A stretch of 62,541 bases of DNA, counting the filler, from Basidioascus undulatus (taxonomy: Eukaryota): NCBI GenBank assembly GCA_000826855.1. It is 4 parts of 4 records of this genome, joined end to end, with 100 filler letters (N's around TTAATTAATTAA, not from the genome) between each part and the next. Parts side by side here need not be neighbours in the genome. Positions count along the whole stretch, not along the records: positions 30,636 to 41,240 come from JTLS01001111.1; positions 41,341 to 51,895 come from JTLS01001112.1; 2 more parts are not named here. One strand, given 5' to 3'. Positions within the stretch are counted from its first letter, which is position 1. The number at the start of each line of letters is the position of its first letter. Positions 38,791 to 51,895 of this stretch are shown here, piece by piece. The notes beneath the pieces are model-generated. The model saw only the letters and a program-made list of their open reading frames with translations. It made no database searches and was not told the DNA's origin. A program made the translations under genes and the position numbers.

Positions 38791-38859
38791 ACCAGTACAC
38801 TTGCGCAGCTGACGCTACATCGCTGAAAACGTACGAGGCAAAGCTGAAGCCGAGTTGTA

Positions 38860-39337
38860 AAGGGGGGGTCCAGCGAGCCTCCAGGGAAACGGGAAAGCGA
38901 AAGGGGTGCGGCAAGGTACGGGACGCACGCAGCAGAAGTTGAGAAGGCAAAGCACGACGCTGACACCGCGGCTCATGTGCAGGATGAGCGCCTTTTCCAT
39001 CAGTACGTTGTCGGTCCCCGCAAACGGCTGGGAAGGATCATGTGGAATCTGAGGAGGATGAGCAGCCGGAGCGTAGAGAGCACGATGAAGGACAAGTTGA
39101 GGTGGGCCGGAGCGGGGTGGAAGGGTAGCGTGCTGCAGCAGAGGCGGCTGGAGAGGAAGTACATGCCGTGGACGACGCGGAATTTTCACTTTGGCCTTGC
39201 AGGTGGGTAGCGGAGAGATCAAAGGGAAATGGGAAAGGGTCGAAGTACTGGAGAGTGTATAGGACGTTCGAGGAGACCGCCGAGGAGACGGGACTGGACG
39301 ATGGACAGCTCGCAGCCGTGCTGCCCATGTCGGTTTA
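38860..39337 (+). pseudogene. Gene fragment with internal stop
   Basis: GT..GCTGAC..CAG intron near 38916-38982, then DERLFHQYVVGPRKRLGRIMW...LAGG*RRDQREMGKGSKYWRVYRTFEE. Confidence 0.3.
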
Positions 39338-40828
39338 ACAGTGCACTGAAAGTTTCCCTATATAGTACTTGGTGAGGATATAATAATGAGGGAATAAATA
39401 CTGTCAGTGAAAAGCCGAGCACCATTCGCTGACTGCGTCAGGAGCCTTGACTCCTCCCATCTTTGCTTTATCTTCCAGCAGCTTGGTTTGCTACTAGGTT
39501 ACGTAGCCTACGACGCATGTGGAAACTTTAGGATATCTACCATTATACGAAACTTGTTTAATAGTGCGTCTCATCACTCTCACAAACGCCAACTGTGTCA
39601 TGAACAAGCTGTGACAGGCTGCAACCGCCCGGCACACGACGGTGTCGTGCTGCGCCGAAATTCCGAAACGGATGCGAACCAAGACATGTTTGGCACTGCA
39701 TTATCTTATTGACTGAGGCATGCTTGCTACTTTAGTGCTGCGTAGCAAGCACAAGTTGAAAAGGCTGCGCCCGGGTACAAGAGAAGGAAAACGTGCGCTT
39801 GCGTTGTTCTCGCTTGCCTGCGATGTGCAAAATAGCGGGCTTAAATTTTCCAGTACAATCACAAGAAATTCAAACCAAACTGAACTACACGCAGGCCCTA
39901 CTGCACCAGCTTTCACCCGTTGTCTTCGTCGACCCAAAGCGTGCCATCCCGCCCGTTCTCCTCCATGTACAGATCTACAAATTTGATGCCCCTGTGACTC
40001 TTGCTCTCCATGAAAACGAGCTCCTGTTTCCATCACAATATTTCAATTTTGGGCTGCCTTCTTGCAGATCCAGAAGGCAGCCTAGGTACCTACATTGTAC
40101 CGCTTGTAGCCCAGCACATTCACTTCCTCCACCCTTTCCCCAAGGATCCGTATCTGCAAAGTCTCCCCCGGCCTCGGGGCGCCTGAGGGCGGAGCGATGT
40201 GTAGCATCGGCGAGCGCGGAAGGGAGTAAACGGGGCTCAATGAGCGCGGAATGTCGGACGGGAGTGTGGTCGCTGCGCGGGGAGAGCTGGGACTGGGAGG
40301 TGTATGATGGTCGGCCATGGGTGAGTGTTCCCAATTAGAAGATTGGCAGTAAGTCGAGAGAGGAGGGCATGCAACGAGGACTTGGTCGGACTGGCAATGC
40401 CCACTTTCAGTCTGGATCCGCTATCGGCACCAGCGCTGTACTTTATCTCCAGGTCCATCCGCCTTCAAACTCTGATCCTCCTTCCTATTCTCATTCCGCC
40501 CCGATGTTGCAGCGCGCTTGACCATTTCACTACGGCGGGGTCTCAAGACTGCGCTGCTTCGCACTTTATCTTCCTGAAGACCTCTCGCTTGTCATTGTGA
40601 TTTGTCCGGGGGCTCCATGACGTGCGTGCCGCGGCCCACGTGCACCAATCCGAACTGTTCTTGGCATTCGTACTGTACGTTTATATTGGGAAATCGCGCA
40701 TTGGGCCGGATTGCGCGCTTGCACCGCCCCGATTGCGCAGTGCAACGCCGTGCGAGGACTGCCGATAAGTCCCCCGTTGCCCCTTCTTCCCTTTCCTCCA
40801 TCTGCTCGTGTGCTACGCCTGATATCGA

Positions 40829-41240
40829 ATGAGTACGTTATATTACTGAGCTTGAATATTCACAAGAATATACTGACAGTCCCTCTCTTGCTACGCAGAC
40901 CCGCCCCCTTCGCATTGCCACTCATCTGCGATCTCCCCCGCGCTGGCCGCCGCTGCCGGGACCCCCTCCTCCTCGGGCACCAATGCCTCTCCCACCGCCG
41001 GTGCAGTGACTGCCGACTCGGACGAGCCTCCTATATGTGGCTCAACCGAGAAACACCATATCTTCCCCCGCGCGGGCGCGGCGATTGCGCCCACCTCGGT
41101 GCCCAGCGCCCTTGCCTCGAGCACGACCAGCAAATCCACACTCGACGACGATAAGCACGCCGCTGCCGCCATCGCCGCTGCCCGCGACGCGTCCCCGCCC
41201 TTCTCCCGCGGGAACTTGACCTTCCGCGCGTTCATCACGC
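40829..41240 (+). CDS. 5' end of a probable membrane transporter (OPT/YSL-like start), truncated by the contig end
   Basis: ATGA|gtacgt..cgcag intron, then an open low-complexity N-tail ending PPFSRGNLTFRAFIT. The LTFRA word resembles the segment before TM1 of OPT transporters. Confidence 0.4.
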
Positions 41241-41340
41241 NNNNNNNNNNNNNNNNNNNNNNNNNNNNNNNNNNNNNNNNNNNNTTAATTAATTAANNNN
41301 NNNNNNNNNNNNNNNNNNNNNNNNNNNNNNNNNNNNNNNN
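41241..41340. other. Artificial contig linker (N44-TTAATTAATTAA-N44)
   Basis: 12-mer at 41285-41296 flanked by 44 N on each side. Confidence 0.97.
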
Positions 41341-42294
41341 GAGGTGGGGGCGTCAGGGGGGCAGGGAAGGTTGGGAGGGGGAGGGAGAGGAGGGCGCACT
41401 GACGCCAGATCCCTTTGTCCATGATCGCGCCTTCTGGAGGGTTTGAGGACTTGAAGCCGTACTGCATTTCTCCCCCTCACCATCAGGACCTTACCGTGGC
41501 GAGCGCCATCTGAGCGGGATCCGGAGGAAACGGACCTTCTGGATATCCGCTGTCGCTTCGATAACAGACCCGAGCGCCCAGAGGACGATGCCGGCTATGT
41601 CGTCTGTGTGCAAGGGAGGGTTGGGTAAGAGAGGAGGGGAAGAAGGAAGGGAGAGAGAGGGGAATGCGCACTGCCCGTGCCGAAGCGGGAGTTCCCGCCC
41701 CCGTGCGCGGGGTCGGAGACGGAGGGGGAGTTTAGGATTGTTACTGGGAGGATGTGGGGAGTTGTCAGGAGGAGTAAGAGGGGAGGGGGTGAAAGGCGGG
41801 AAGGGGCGGGAGGTGCACCTGACGGTCCAGACCCAGAGGATTTGGAAGACGAAGAATCTGGGACGCGCTGTGTCAGCTGGGAGATGGAAGGGAGAAGAGG
41901 TTATGCAGAAGTACCCGAGGTAGGATAGAGGCTTCATCATCATCTCGTCGAAGCGGTTGTCGCCTCCTCCCTTGATGACTGCGGCACATTTTTTGAGCGC
42001 TCGCGGGAGTGTACACGACTGAAGACGCAACACACCTCGGAAGAACAGAAACCCGCCCAGCCTCGCTGCCCAGAGCGTGACAAACACGCTGACGACGATG
42101 TTTCGTGCGTAATACGTCTGCCCCCAGTTGAGGGTGAGGAGCGCGAGGACGAGGAAGTTTGCCGAGCCGACGAGGTCGTTGAGCTTGTCCGTCTGTGAGA
42201 GGAACGTGATCGCGTAGATCCCCAGCTGGATGCCCAAAGTCATGAGGAAGGTGATGGTCAGCTAGAAGGGGTCGATGATGTATATTGGTGCCAT
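41341..42294 (-). pseudogene. DUF1295 (steroid-5-alpha-reductase-like) membrane protein with two lesions; 3' truncated
   Basis: TDKLNDLVGSANF, LWAARLGGFLFFRVIK..DNRFDEM, WVWTVSLPVTILNSP, IEATADIQK and IMDKGIW. In-frame TAG at codon 11 (42262-42264); the splice acceptor reads CAT instead of CAG at 41752. Confidence 0.8.
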
Positions 42295-42696
42295 GCAGGG
42301 CCAGCGAGCGAGAGAGGATCATTTGAGCGTTTGAATTTGCAGGGGTTTTATGTGCTGTGTGAGTGTTCGATGTTCGATGGTGATGGTGACAGAACAAGAT
42401 ACATTGTTCTCAGGCTCCCGAGCATCGAGCGGAGACGATGCGATGAGCAGGATCGTCGCCGAAAGGAGCGAGCACGGTCTGACGTGTGAAAGCGAGCGCT
42501 GCGATCGGCGGGGAGCGTGAGAGCAGTCGAAGCGCGAAGACAGCTTCTCGGCATCTTGCCCACCGCCCATCGTCTGCCTCAGCGCGAGAAGACTCCAGGT
42601 CCGGCTCGCCCTCTCTCTCTCTTTCTTCCTTCAGCAGTGCTCGCTAAATACCCCATACTTTACACTACAGGGTACCCCACCTCCAAATCATCCACC

Positions 42697-42963
42697 ATGC
42701 GTCCCACCCTCGCCCGGCTCCTCCGCCCCGTACCGCTCTCCTCCATCCCCCCCTCGGCCCTGCGCCTCCCCACGCACGTTAACCCCGCGCTCAAGACCCA
42801 GCCGCAACAACCACCCTCGCTCGTCGACGAACTCCTCGCAGCCCAGGCCCGCGGCGAGCTCCCCCGCAACGTCCGCGTCAGGCGCGATCCGGGCCGCGCG
42901 GGGAATGAGGGGATCTCGAGGGAGGTTCGGAACGAGTTGAAGAAGGTCGCGAGGAGGCTGTGA
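42697..42963 (+). CDS. Small basic hypothetical protein, probable mitochondrial presequence
   Basis: CCACCATG context; MRPTLARLLRPVPLSS... 88 aa. A 5'-UTR intron (gtccgg..ctacag, about 42599-42670) precedes it. Confidence 0.6.
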   Translation: MRPTLARLLRPVPLSSIPPSALRLPTHVNPALKTQPQQPPSLVDELLAAQARGELPRNVRVRRDPGRAGNEGISREVRNELKKVARRL

Positions 42964-43152
42964 GGATGGATGGTGCATGAGATTTTGCCGCATAAGCTGG
43001 TGTGTATTGCTGCATTGGGTGGGTGGAAGAAGAAGGGGTAGAGGGACTCGGGACTGGAGGCGACGGCTCTAACGTCGGAAGACCGACACCCTCCTTCAAA
43101 AGCCATCATCGCCCTCACTCCTGCCGCTCATCACCCGCCCCCATTTTTTCCC

Positions 43153-43880
43153 ATGTCCGCGTTCTTCCTCACGCCACGGAGCACAGACGTCGAAGGCTTC
43201 TTCGGTCGCCTGCAAACCCTTCGATCGGATGATGCACTCGAGACGTCCACAGCCGTCGGCCTACACTCCCCTTCCTCTCACGCAGTCTTGTTTTCACCGA
43301 CCACTGGCCATCCTGCATAAGGTATTGACATCCTCGCCCAGCTCGTCTCTGCGATCGAAGCGATCCCGCACTCGCCTCATCTCTCGCCGCCCGTCCGTAT
43401 CCTCCCCTCCATGTTCCATCCCTCCCATCTTCCCCTCTCCCACAACTCTCCCTCTCCCAACTCTCCCTCTCCCAACTCTCCCTCTCCCAACTCTCCCGCC
43501 TTCTCTCCTCCTTTGAATCCCCTCCCTCCTCCCCGCAGAATTCCTTCACCACCCCGCAGAACCCCTTCACCGCCCACCTCCAACACATGGCGTACCACTC
43601 GCCTTCCCTGCCGCACCAACTGCGCGAGACACTCCTCCACGCCTCGCGCTGGGACGAGGCGGCCGAGCTCGTTGCTGCGACGGGGCGTGTAGAAGCCTCC
43701 GCAAAGAAGCAACTCGGCAGCCTCTTCCCCGCGCAACATAACGGCCGAACCGCCGACAGAGTCAACGACGAGCGCGTGCAGGCCCTCCGCGGCCCCCAAG
43801 AAGCGACCCTCGGCTCGCTCTTCCTCGTCGTACAATCCGAACTGGGCGCGACGAGTTCGGCGCCGAAGGTTTTAGTTAAT
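43153..43880 (+). pseudogene. Degenerate hypothetical gene
   Basis: Coding-like blocks MSAFFLTPRSTDVEGFFGRL / RIDILAQLVSAIEAIP / NPFTAHLQHMAYH..LRETLLHASRWDEAAELV lie in non-matching frames. Confidence 0.35.
43436..43497 (+). repeat. 15-bp minisatellite (about 4 copies, CCCAACTCTCCCTCT; encodes SPNSP)
   Basis: Direct tandem repeats visible in the sequence. Confidence 0.85.
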
Positions 43881-44345
43881 TCGCGATGTGAATGTGCTTT
43901 TCCCATACAGCTGCTACTGCCGCCTGCGAAGCTCCGCGATGGCACTGAGTCAACCAGCAAACACAGAAATTAATTTTAGAAGTAAAGACCACAAGCCTGG
44001 GTGATAGAAGGAAACGGTTGGCCCCGCGCATGCTCTCGCGGAAGGGAAGGAGGCGGGCGGGATGATGCAGTTTCGGTCGCCTCACTAGCCTACTCCTACT
44101 ACCATTCTGCGTGGCTGGGAGGCTCGGTGTGCTGTTAACTGGTTGCAAAAGGATTTGGGGAGCTTGAGACCTGAAAGTGACACAGACAGTGCATGCGAGG
44201 AAGACGCCGGGCGCCACTTTCAGTTACTACCTGCGAAGGAAACACACCTGCGATCGAGAGATGGAAAAGTCACGTTCGGGCTCAAATGTTTGGAAGTACC
44301 CAAAAGCCTAATCTTTAATAATGCGTGGGCCATCGGTACTCAGGC

Positions 44346-44954
44346 ATCACGGCAGTTCGTAGTCGTACCCGCTACACATCCAAGCCATTCCAGCCAGTCC
44401 ACCCTGCGTTCCCTCGTCCTCCTCCCCATCTCCTCCTCTTCCGAGTCTCCTCAGCTGGTAGCACGTCCGATAAGCCCACCCAACCACCCGCTCCTCCTCG
44501 ACGAGGTCCCCCCGCTGCGCGCCTCCTCGCAGTGCGCGACGATCCCTGCCGTCATCGCCAGGTTCGTCGCCGTCCGGCTGCCGTAGTACTCACCGGGGAA
44601 GGCCTTCATCACGTCCTTGAGGTACGATTTTGAGAGGTAGCGGACGCGGTTGAGATCGAGTTGAGGCGTTCCTATGGTCTCGGTAGAAGTCAGTATGGAG
44701 GTCTTTACAGATGCTGGAGATTGGAAGCCGCCTTCCGCACCCGGACTTCCGGATCCAGCTCCTCCTCGTCCTCCTCGTCCTCCTCGTCCTCCCCCTCATC
44801 TTCAGGCTCCCCAACAACCGTAGCCGGAGCAGGAGCAGGAACAGGCTCGACGATATCGAGCTTAGCTTTCTTAGCCGCGTTTGGCGCGGACTCAGTATAG
44901 CGGCCGCTTGGCTTGGAGCGTGCTGGCGGTGGGCGGAGCAGTGTCTACAGCCAT
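44346..44954 (-). pseudogene. Degenerate gene for a protein with NLS-like and acidic tract
   Basis: MAVDTAPP..AKRPL / TESAPNAAKKAKLD..EDEEDEEDEEEL / LDLNRVRYLSKSYLK.. / DLVEEERVVGWAYR. Frame changes near 44895 and 44510. Confidence 0.45.
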
Positions 44955-45432
44955 ATCTGGACTACTTGGTTGGGGTGATGGTGGAGATGCAAGAAGGACA
45001 ACGTGTAGGAAAGAATGGGCGCTGGAAGGTCGAAGTCGCGAAAGTCGCGAAAGATGCCACTCGTCGCACGTGATGACTGGACGTATTGAACCGGCTGTAA
45101 CTTGAACAACTTGAACAGCAGCAGAACATACCAATGATAGTTGTGATTCCAGAGCTCTAGGGATTTCCAGTTGACTGGAGCGAGCGGAAGCTGGTCGGCG
45201 AGCTTGCAAGACCAAAGCCGCTGCGGTGGCTGCGCCCTGCTGAGAATGGTCTGCGGCCATCGTGCTCCTGACATCTCATGCTTGTCTGGCTTTCCAACAC
45301 ATCCGTTTCACATTATGCATCTTACAAGCTCTCGAAAAGGTCGACCAATCCAATACAAAGGGGAGATACAGAACAGAGCCAGGAAGACAGTCGCGAAACG
45401 GAAAGAAGGGCATGCATTCTTGAAACTAGGTA

Positions 45433-47475
45433 TCAGTGCGAGGCGGGGGCCCCCTGGTCCTTGCGGAGCTCGGCCGTGGACGAGTGGTCGTAGTGCTCGA
45501 AGCTGGACTTGGAGTCGCTCGCAGACTCGGACTTGTGCTCGCCGACGTAGATGTGCGGGGCCTGTCCGTTGTATTCGAATGGCGCGACGGCCACCTTGGG
45601 GTCGCTCTCTTCGATGTTCTCGACAACGTGGGTCTCGACGTTGATATGCTGGATAACGGATCCCCAGCGTTGGCACAACGGTGAAGCGCGGCAAAGGACA
45701 AGAACTCACAGTGCGAGTGAGCTGGAACGTCTCCTGCAAGGCGCCACACGATATTGCTTGTCGATCAGTATACACGGGTACAATGGACAACAATTCACCG
45801 GAGGAAGCAAACGTACGCCACCTTGGCGCATCCCGCTGCGCTTTTCGGCGGACTGCGAAGGAGCCATGCTCTTGGCCGTGGCGAGAATGGCACGGAGGTC
45901 GACACGGGCGATGAGAGTGACCAGCACGGAATGGCTGTAGATCTGGTAGGCAGCGGAGCGAGTCAGCGCGTCAACCTCTGTCGCTTAAAGCTTTGGAAAT
46001 GTACCTTGCCCATGGTAACTTGAATCTCAATCGAGGTCAGAAGTGTGGACTGCGCCGCGGGTTGTGGGCAGAAAGACTCACGCTGGAAGGAGATGTAGGC
46101 CGAGTTGTTTTGGATGAGGAAATAGATAAGCTGCGAAGGATATGCTCAGTTAGTCTGTGAGCACCGGAGCATGCCCCCACAATAAACCGCACAAGGTTGA
46201 GCACGACGTGGATGGTGGTGAGGGAACCGGTCTCCATGGTGAGCTGGACGAAGCGATGTGTAAGCTCTTAAAGCTGACATCGAGCGAAAAAAGCCACATA
46301 CCCTCATGATGGAACTGACCACCTCATCGGTGGACTTGTTGAGACCAGTCGCGGAGCGCCTGACGAAGAACACCTGCATGCGACATTCACGTTAGATCGT
46401 CATGAGCAGCCTTCGATCTCGAAGTCACTGGCCAGGACTCACAAGGTATGCCGAGATGAGAACATCGGTAAACGCCGACGAAACGAACCACACGGCAGCA
46501 GGAATCTGCACAACACGGTCGTTGACGCGAGTGAAGAGAACGGTGTGGCCGATCCCGACTGAGGTCCTGCAGTGCCGTGGGCGCGTCAAGGGGAAGGGGG
46601 AAAGAAAGGGGGGATTAGCGCTCTGATCTGTATTATACTAGCTCTAACATTCTATTCACGCACGCAATACCAGCCCCAAGCGACTGAATGCCGACTGTCA
46701 GTTGCCATGCTGTACTGGATGGTTGAAATTGCGAAACGAACCGTGATCATGGAAACACTGGTGACCAAGACAAGTATCTTGGATCGTGTTGCGGTGTATG
46801 CACGGTGAAGGAAAAAGGACTGAGCGAGAGCACAGTCAGTCGTTGCTTCATCATTCTTGTCAGCGCGGAGAAGAGCGAAAACATACTTGGCAAGCGCAGG
46901 CGACGAAACTTGTGAAGGCACACTCGCTCCACCAGGTGAAGTGCGTGTTGTCGTAAGCGACAAGATCGCCGTATCCAATTACGAACGTTGAGTCTGTGCA
47001 TTTTCCGTAAGCTCAGAGCCATCCGTCGTTCGAAACTTCAGTCCACACTCACACAGCATCTCCAAGCAACACGCCTACGCATGAACCAGATCAGAATTCA
47101 CCCCAATCCGAGAGCAGAGTATTGCTCACCGCTTGCCAGATACCCGCAAACATGAGGAATGCCACCAGCCCCTTGTTCCATAAGGAGTCATGCGGAAACA
47201 CTGCCATTCCCGCCACCAGTAAGTCTCTCCGGCACCAGCAACAGCCGAATCCAAACGTGCACACTCACTTCGGTAATAATCCCAGATCTGGACCATGAGA
47301 ATTCCCTGCATCAGCTGCTGGACCACGCAGCCCGTGAGGTATGGTCCGAGTTGAGCGTCGCTGCTCAAGCATAGCCTGGGTGAGCGAGTCTTGCAAGCGC
47401 CCGGGCGACCAGCGATGCAACGTACCGAGTCTCTGCGAGCCTCTCCAGAGGGTCGGCGGCGCCAGAGAAAGGCAT
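45433..47475 (-). CDS. Multi-pass membrane protein of the DUF6534-type basidiomycete family
   Basis: QLGPYLTG..LMQGILMVQIWDYYRMFPHD..KGLV, AQSFFLHRAY, ATGLNKSTDEVVSSIMR, METGSLT and GK|YSHSVLVTLIAR. The 5' exons I checked splice in frame. Confidence 0.75.
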
Positions 47476-50400
47476 GGTGCTGCGTAGGAGAGGCGCTGAC
47501 CGTGGATGAGAGAAGAGAGAGGTGGATACACTTCAGTAAAAGTGTTGCAAAGGCCTGTAAAGACAGTGAAGTCGGTGCTGGTTGAAACGCCGTCTGGAGG
47601 TGGTCGGGTGTCGACGAGGAGGTGGGGAGATAGACGAGAGACGACGGTGAAGCGCTGAGGGGCACAAGTTCTCGGTGGGCGTGACTTGTACTCGACTTCA
47701 GGTCGTGCTCGAGGGAAGCGAAGAGGGTTTAGGCTGCGTGCTTGCTCCCTTCACTCTGATGTCGGTGCGTTGCCCTAAGCGACGGGTTTGAGCAGACGCG
47801 AGCGCGAGAGTCCCGAGGATGCGGACAAGATGCTGAATTCAGTTGGGCGCCCGGTCCTTTTTGTAGTTTTGACCAGAAAAAAAAGGGGTTTGTGCGATAT
47901 GAGCGAAAAGTGGGGCTCAGGGAGAAAGGGGCCGAGCCTTGATGGACTGTCGACACGCCCGACAAGGGTAATATGGGGATTAATCCTCCCTGTCACCAGG
48001 CCGTCACGTCGGTCGAATTTGACCAAAGTACTGTCGTCTGTTCACTCTGTTGGATTTGTATCGGATTTGCTGAAATACCATTGGTGATTTTTGCTCCAAC
48101 TTTATGTTGAAGGTGAAGAACTCAGGGTGTGGAGGCCCCAGCTTCGCGCCCAGTTGGCGTCTGTGCGGCAGCGCCCTGAACCTCGACCGCCGTTTCGACC
48201 CTTGTCGCAAGAAATTTTTCGCATGCGCAGGAGTGAAGAGCATTGTGTGCCTCAATTTGGAGAGGATGGACGATGTGTATTACATGTATCGGCGGATCTC
48301 ATGCTTCTTATCCGCTGTTCCTCGCCATCTCCTTTTAGGCATGAACTTGCCGTTGGGCAGGCACACCCACCGACGCATAAAATGTGTATCACACACAAAC
48401 ATAAAGGCTAAAGACTTCTACTCGTTTAGTCCGCGGTTGTTATCGTATCACCAGTGTATCAACCCATGCTTGGGTGGGTCTTCGAATCGGCAGTGTTGCA
48501 CTGACTGTGCCTTTTAGCATGTACGCAGCGTTACCGTCATATTCTCCCACCTATCGAGCACGTACATCAAGAGTTTTTTTTTTGTTCATGGCATTCGCTA
48601 TCTTGAATGTGCCGCATCCACGCCAGTTGTGCTGAGATGTCAAAGTGACAGTCCTGCTGCTTATGGGACTGATAGAACATTCACGCTCTGGCAGTGCCAC
48701 TATTCCTTGCGAGTCTCATAGTTTTTACTATAAAGAAGGATGTTGGGTGCAGGTTTGCCAAGGGCACGTTGCAATGGATTACTCACGCACGTTGTGGTGC
48801 GTTGGCACGCTTAAACCCGTGGCTTTGCACCGTCTGACTGAAAAACTTTGCATGATGTGGTAGGGGAGTCTTCCCAGTCAAGTATCATATTTACTGCTTC
48901 AAAAACTCTAAGGAGATAAACTGCAAAAGTATGCAGATAAGCCGACAAGTGCTGGATAGGGTTGCAGAGGATGTTCTCAGCCGCAACACAGCCAAGAGAA
49001 GAAGGCCAATGCTTCTCAATTTTAATAATTCCCTGACTGATTCTGGCATACATAGATTTCATAACCCGTCAGTGCATCCACAACACTGCTACTTCACAAG
49101 TCAGAGTCAGTCATTTCGGTGTCGCTCACTTCTCTCCGTCCAGACCTTCGTTGTGCATAAGATATCATTAACTTCAAATCCCAAGCCCCGCCAAACCGCC
49201 CTCCAGATACCTACCGGAGTCTCTCAGACTTCAGGCCTCCGCCCCAGCTCACAGATCAATGTTTCCACGCCAGCCTCGCGACGTCCGCGCGCCAATAGTG
49301 GCGGTTTGGCCTTGACATCGACGTTGAACTCGTAGAATCTGTTCTCCCGCTGGCTCTTGAAATTCTTGTACGTGTTGAGCCTTCTTCAGTCCAAGGTTGA
49401 TCACCTCGTCCTGGGTCATTCCTTTGAACTGCCCCAGGACCGTCCGTCGCCTACGAGGGGCGGCTGTTGCAAAGTAGCGCTTCGACTCCATGGGCCCGAA
49501 GTTGACTTGGGTCACGACCTGTGTTGTAGAGAAGAAATTGAGCTTCTCCGGGCAGGTTGATGAGAGAAAAAGGGCGATTTCACCTGCAAAGCGTATACCG
49601 ACTCGTCTTCGACCGTCGTCCGAGCAAGGTCGAAGCGCCCGGGAACTTGGTTTCAGCGGAAGCAAGCGGAAACGGATTAGCATCTCTACGTACTGCCGGT
49701 CTACGAATAAAAATGGAAGTTTTATGTATGGGACTGGTGTTACAGCTGCTCTTCGCTGAAAAGGACGCTGGCACCGCAGTGCTGTCCCCAACCAATGTGC
49801 GCTGCCCCACCGTTGTGGCCTGCCCTCTTTTAGAGCCACCTTCCCGGAGACGTTAACGCAAAATTATACAAGTATTAGACTCAGGAAAAGTGAGAGGGAA
49901 CGGATAACAATGCGGCGTTGTTTTCTTGTTCCAGACCAGCTCCCACACTTGGGCGGTCGAGCTGTCTTCAAAAGGCCCCAACTAGGGTGATCATCCCTTT
50001 GTCGATCAACAAATATTGTCTATAGAGCAAAACGCATCAAAAACGAGCCTGAACACACGTTGTCAAGTACAGGACCTGCGGCAGACACAACCTACTGGGC
50101 CCACCCTCTCTAGCGTCACCTCGACTCCGCCACTTGCATATTGCGGTGTGTGCGTGTGGGTTGGCGAGTCTGCGTACTTCCACTGTCTATATACGGTCAC
50201 CCCCGAAAGCGGCAGTCGAGGCCACACGGCTTAGCCGCATCGTGAGCTCCGGCCGCGCAGTGTCAGGCGGAGTGCACACGACCAGTACCTCGATTAGACC
50301 TTGATGGACATTAAGCTCGAAGGTGGACGAGGATGGGATGGTAGGTGCGTGAGGTGTACGCTGGGAAACGGTGATAGTGCTGAACCATAGCGGTTACCTT

Positions 50401-50650
50401 CTAGCCAGATGTGCCGTTCTTGAACCGGTCTCCGTTCTAGGACTTGCCAGTTTCACAGATCCGACCGAGAGCAAGGAAGGCGACATTGCCTGAGCTCGAA
50501 GGAGCGTCCGTCTGCCGGACAGGCAATCTAGGACCGCACATTACACTGCGAAACAAGAAATCCGTTATGATTTTGTTGGTATACCTCTTCCCTCCCCCCT
50601 TTCCCTCTCTGAAGACCTTCCCACCCCGTCCCACACAGCCCATAGCCCAT

Positions 50651-51895
50651 TCACCGCCTCTTAGTCATCTTGCTCTGCTGCTTCCTGAGCGCGCGCGCGC
50701 GCTCCTTCTCCTCATGCTATCCAGTCGAGCCCGCACCGCCATAAGCATCCAAACCAAAAACAAAAACCCGGTGTGGTGAAGGGAGGAAGACGCACCTTGC
50801 GCCGTTGCTCCGGCGTCATGCGCGCGAGCTTGGCCTCCTCGAGCGCACGCTTCTGCGCACGGCGCTTGTCCTCGGGGGCCTGAAGGGAGGGAGGGAGGGA
50901 GGAGTGAGTGAAGGAGGTCGGAAAGGAAAGGGGAAGGGAAGGGGAGGCAGGAGGGGCCCAAAGACGCACGTCAGCCTCCTTATCCTCCTTCTGCGCATTC
51001 TCGTACTCCTTCTGGAGCTCGACGTCGAGCTCGGTGCGGGTTTTGCGGAGCTTGCGGAGGGTCTGGGGGGCGGGTTGGGTCAGAGACGTAGAGGAGATGG
51101 AAGAAAGGAGGGGAGGAGGGGAGAAGGTGAAGACGCACGTCAGGCGCGACCGGCAACCCCTTGTGAAGCACGTCAACGAGGTTGAACGCGAGGTCGACGA
51201 CGGGTGCGACAACGCTGGGGTTACCCGAGGGCAAGATAAGGTTGACAATCAAGTGCCTGGACTTGTCCGCGGGCGCGAGGGGCCCCTTGGACGGGCGCTC
51301 GGTCGGCTGGTCGGTGATGATGAGGTAGTTGAGCCAGCGCGCGGCGTCCGCGTCCGAGAGCGCCTGCACGATCCCCACGGATTGGCCCTTGAGGAGCTCG
51401 TCGTTCACTGAGGGGAGCTCGGACATCGTCGAGAACTCGGAGGCAGGGAGGAGGGTGGTGTCGGGGAGGACTTTGGTGAAAGTCTGGGGCGGGGCCCGTC
51501 AATGTCGAACCTCGAGCAAAAAAGGAAGGAAGGGAGGAGGGAGGGGGGAGAGGGGAGAGGGAACGCACCAGGTCCCACCGGCTCTTCCTGAGCTTAGCCA
51601 TCCCGCTCTTCCTTGCAAGGGCCCAGACGAACTCCGCGCCTGCCTCGGGGCGGACGCACGGCGCGAGGGTGAAGTCGAGGGTGACGCAGTCGCGGGACTC
51701 GAACGAGAAGTCGACGAGCGCGTAGGCGAGCTCGTAGATGCTCTGGAACAGGTCGTGCCTCGGCTTGGTGTGGATGTGCCCGTGCACGGAGCGCAGACCG
51801 CGCCGCCCGGTTGCGTAGGTGAGGAAGTCGGTGGAGCCGTCGGAGAGGACTGTGGTGGGGGTGGGGGTGAGATCAGGCTGGGAAGAGAGGAGGGT
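50651..51895 (-). CDS. DUF1682/CCDC47-like ER membrane protein (5' truncated by the contig end)
   Basis: FLTYATGRRG..KPRHDL, FVWALARK..LRKSRWDL, IITDQPTERP and charged C-tail KLRKTR..RMTPEQRRKHEEKERARALRKQQSKMTKRR*. Confidence 0.82.

Noticed and set aside
5438..42264. TAG reassignment, readthrough or A-to-I stop-codon repair explaining in-frame TAGs (5438, about 31168, about 39208, 42262)
   Set aside because: TAG terminates intact genes here (sulfate permease, helicase, RNase III, hydrolase), and most TAG-bearing loci also have frameshifts or a dead splice site that editing could not fix.
37905..43497. CRISPR-like array from the 25-bp and 15-bp repeats
   Set aside because: Direct tandem copies without spacers, eukaryotic context, no cas genes.
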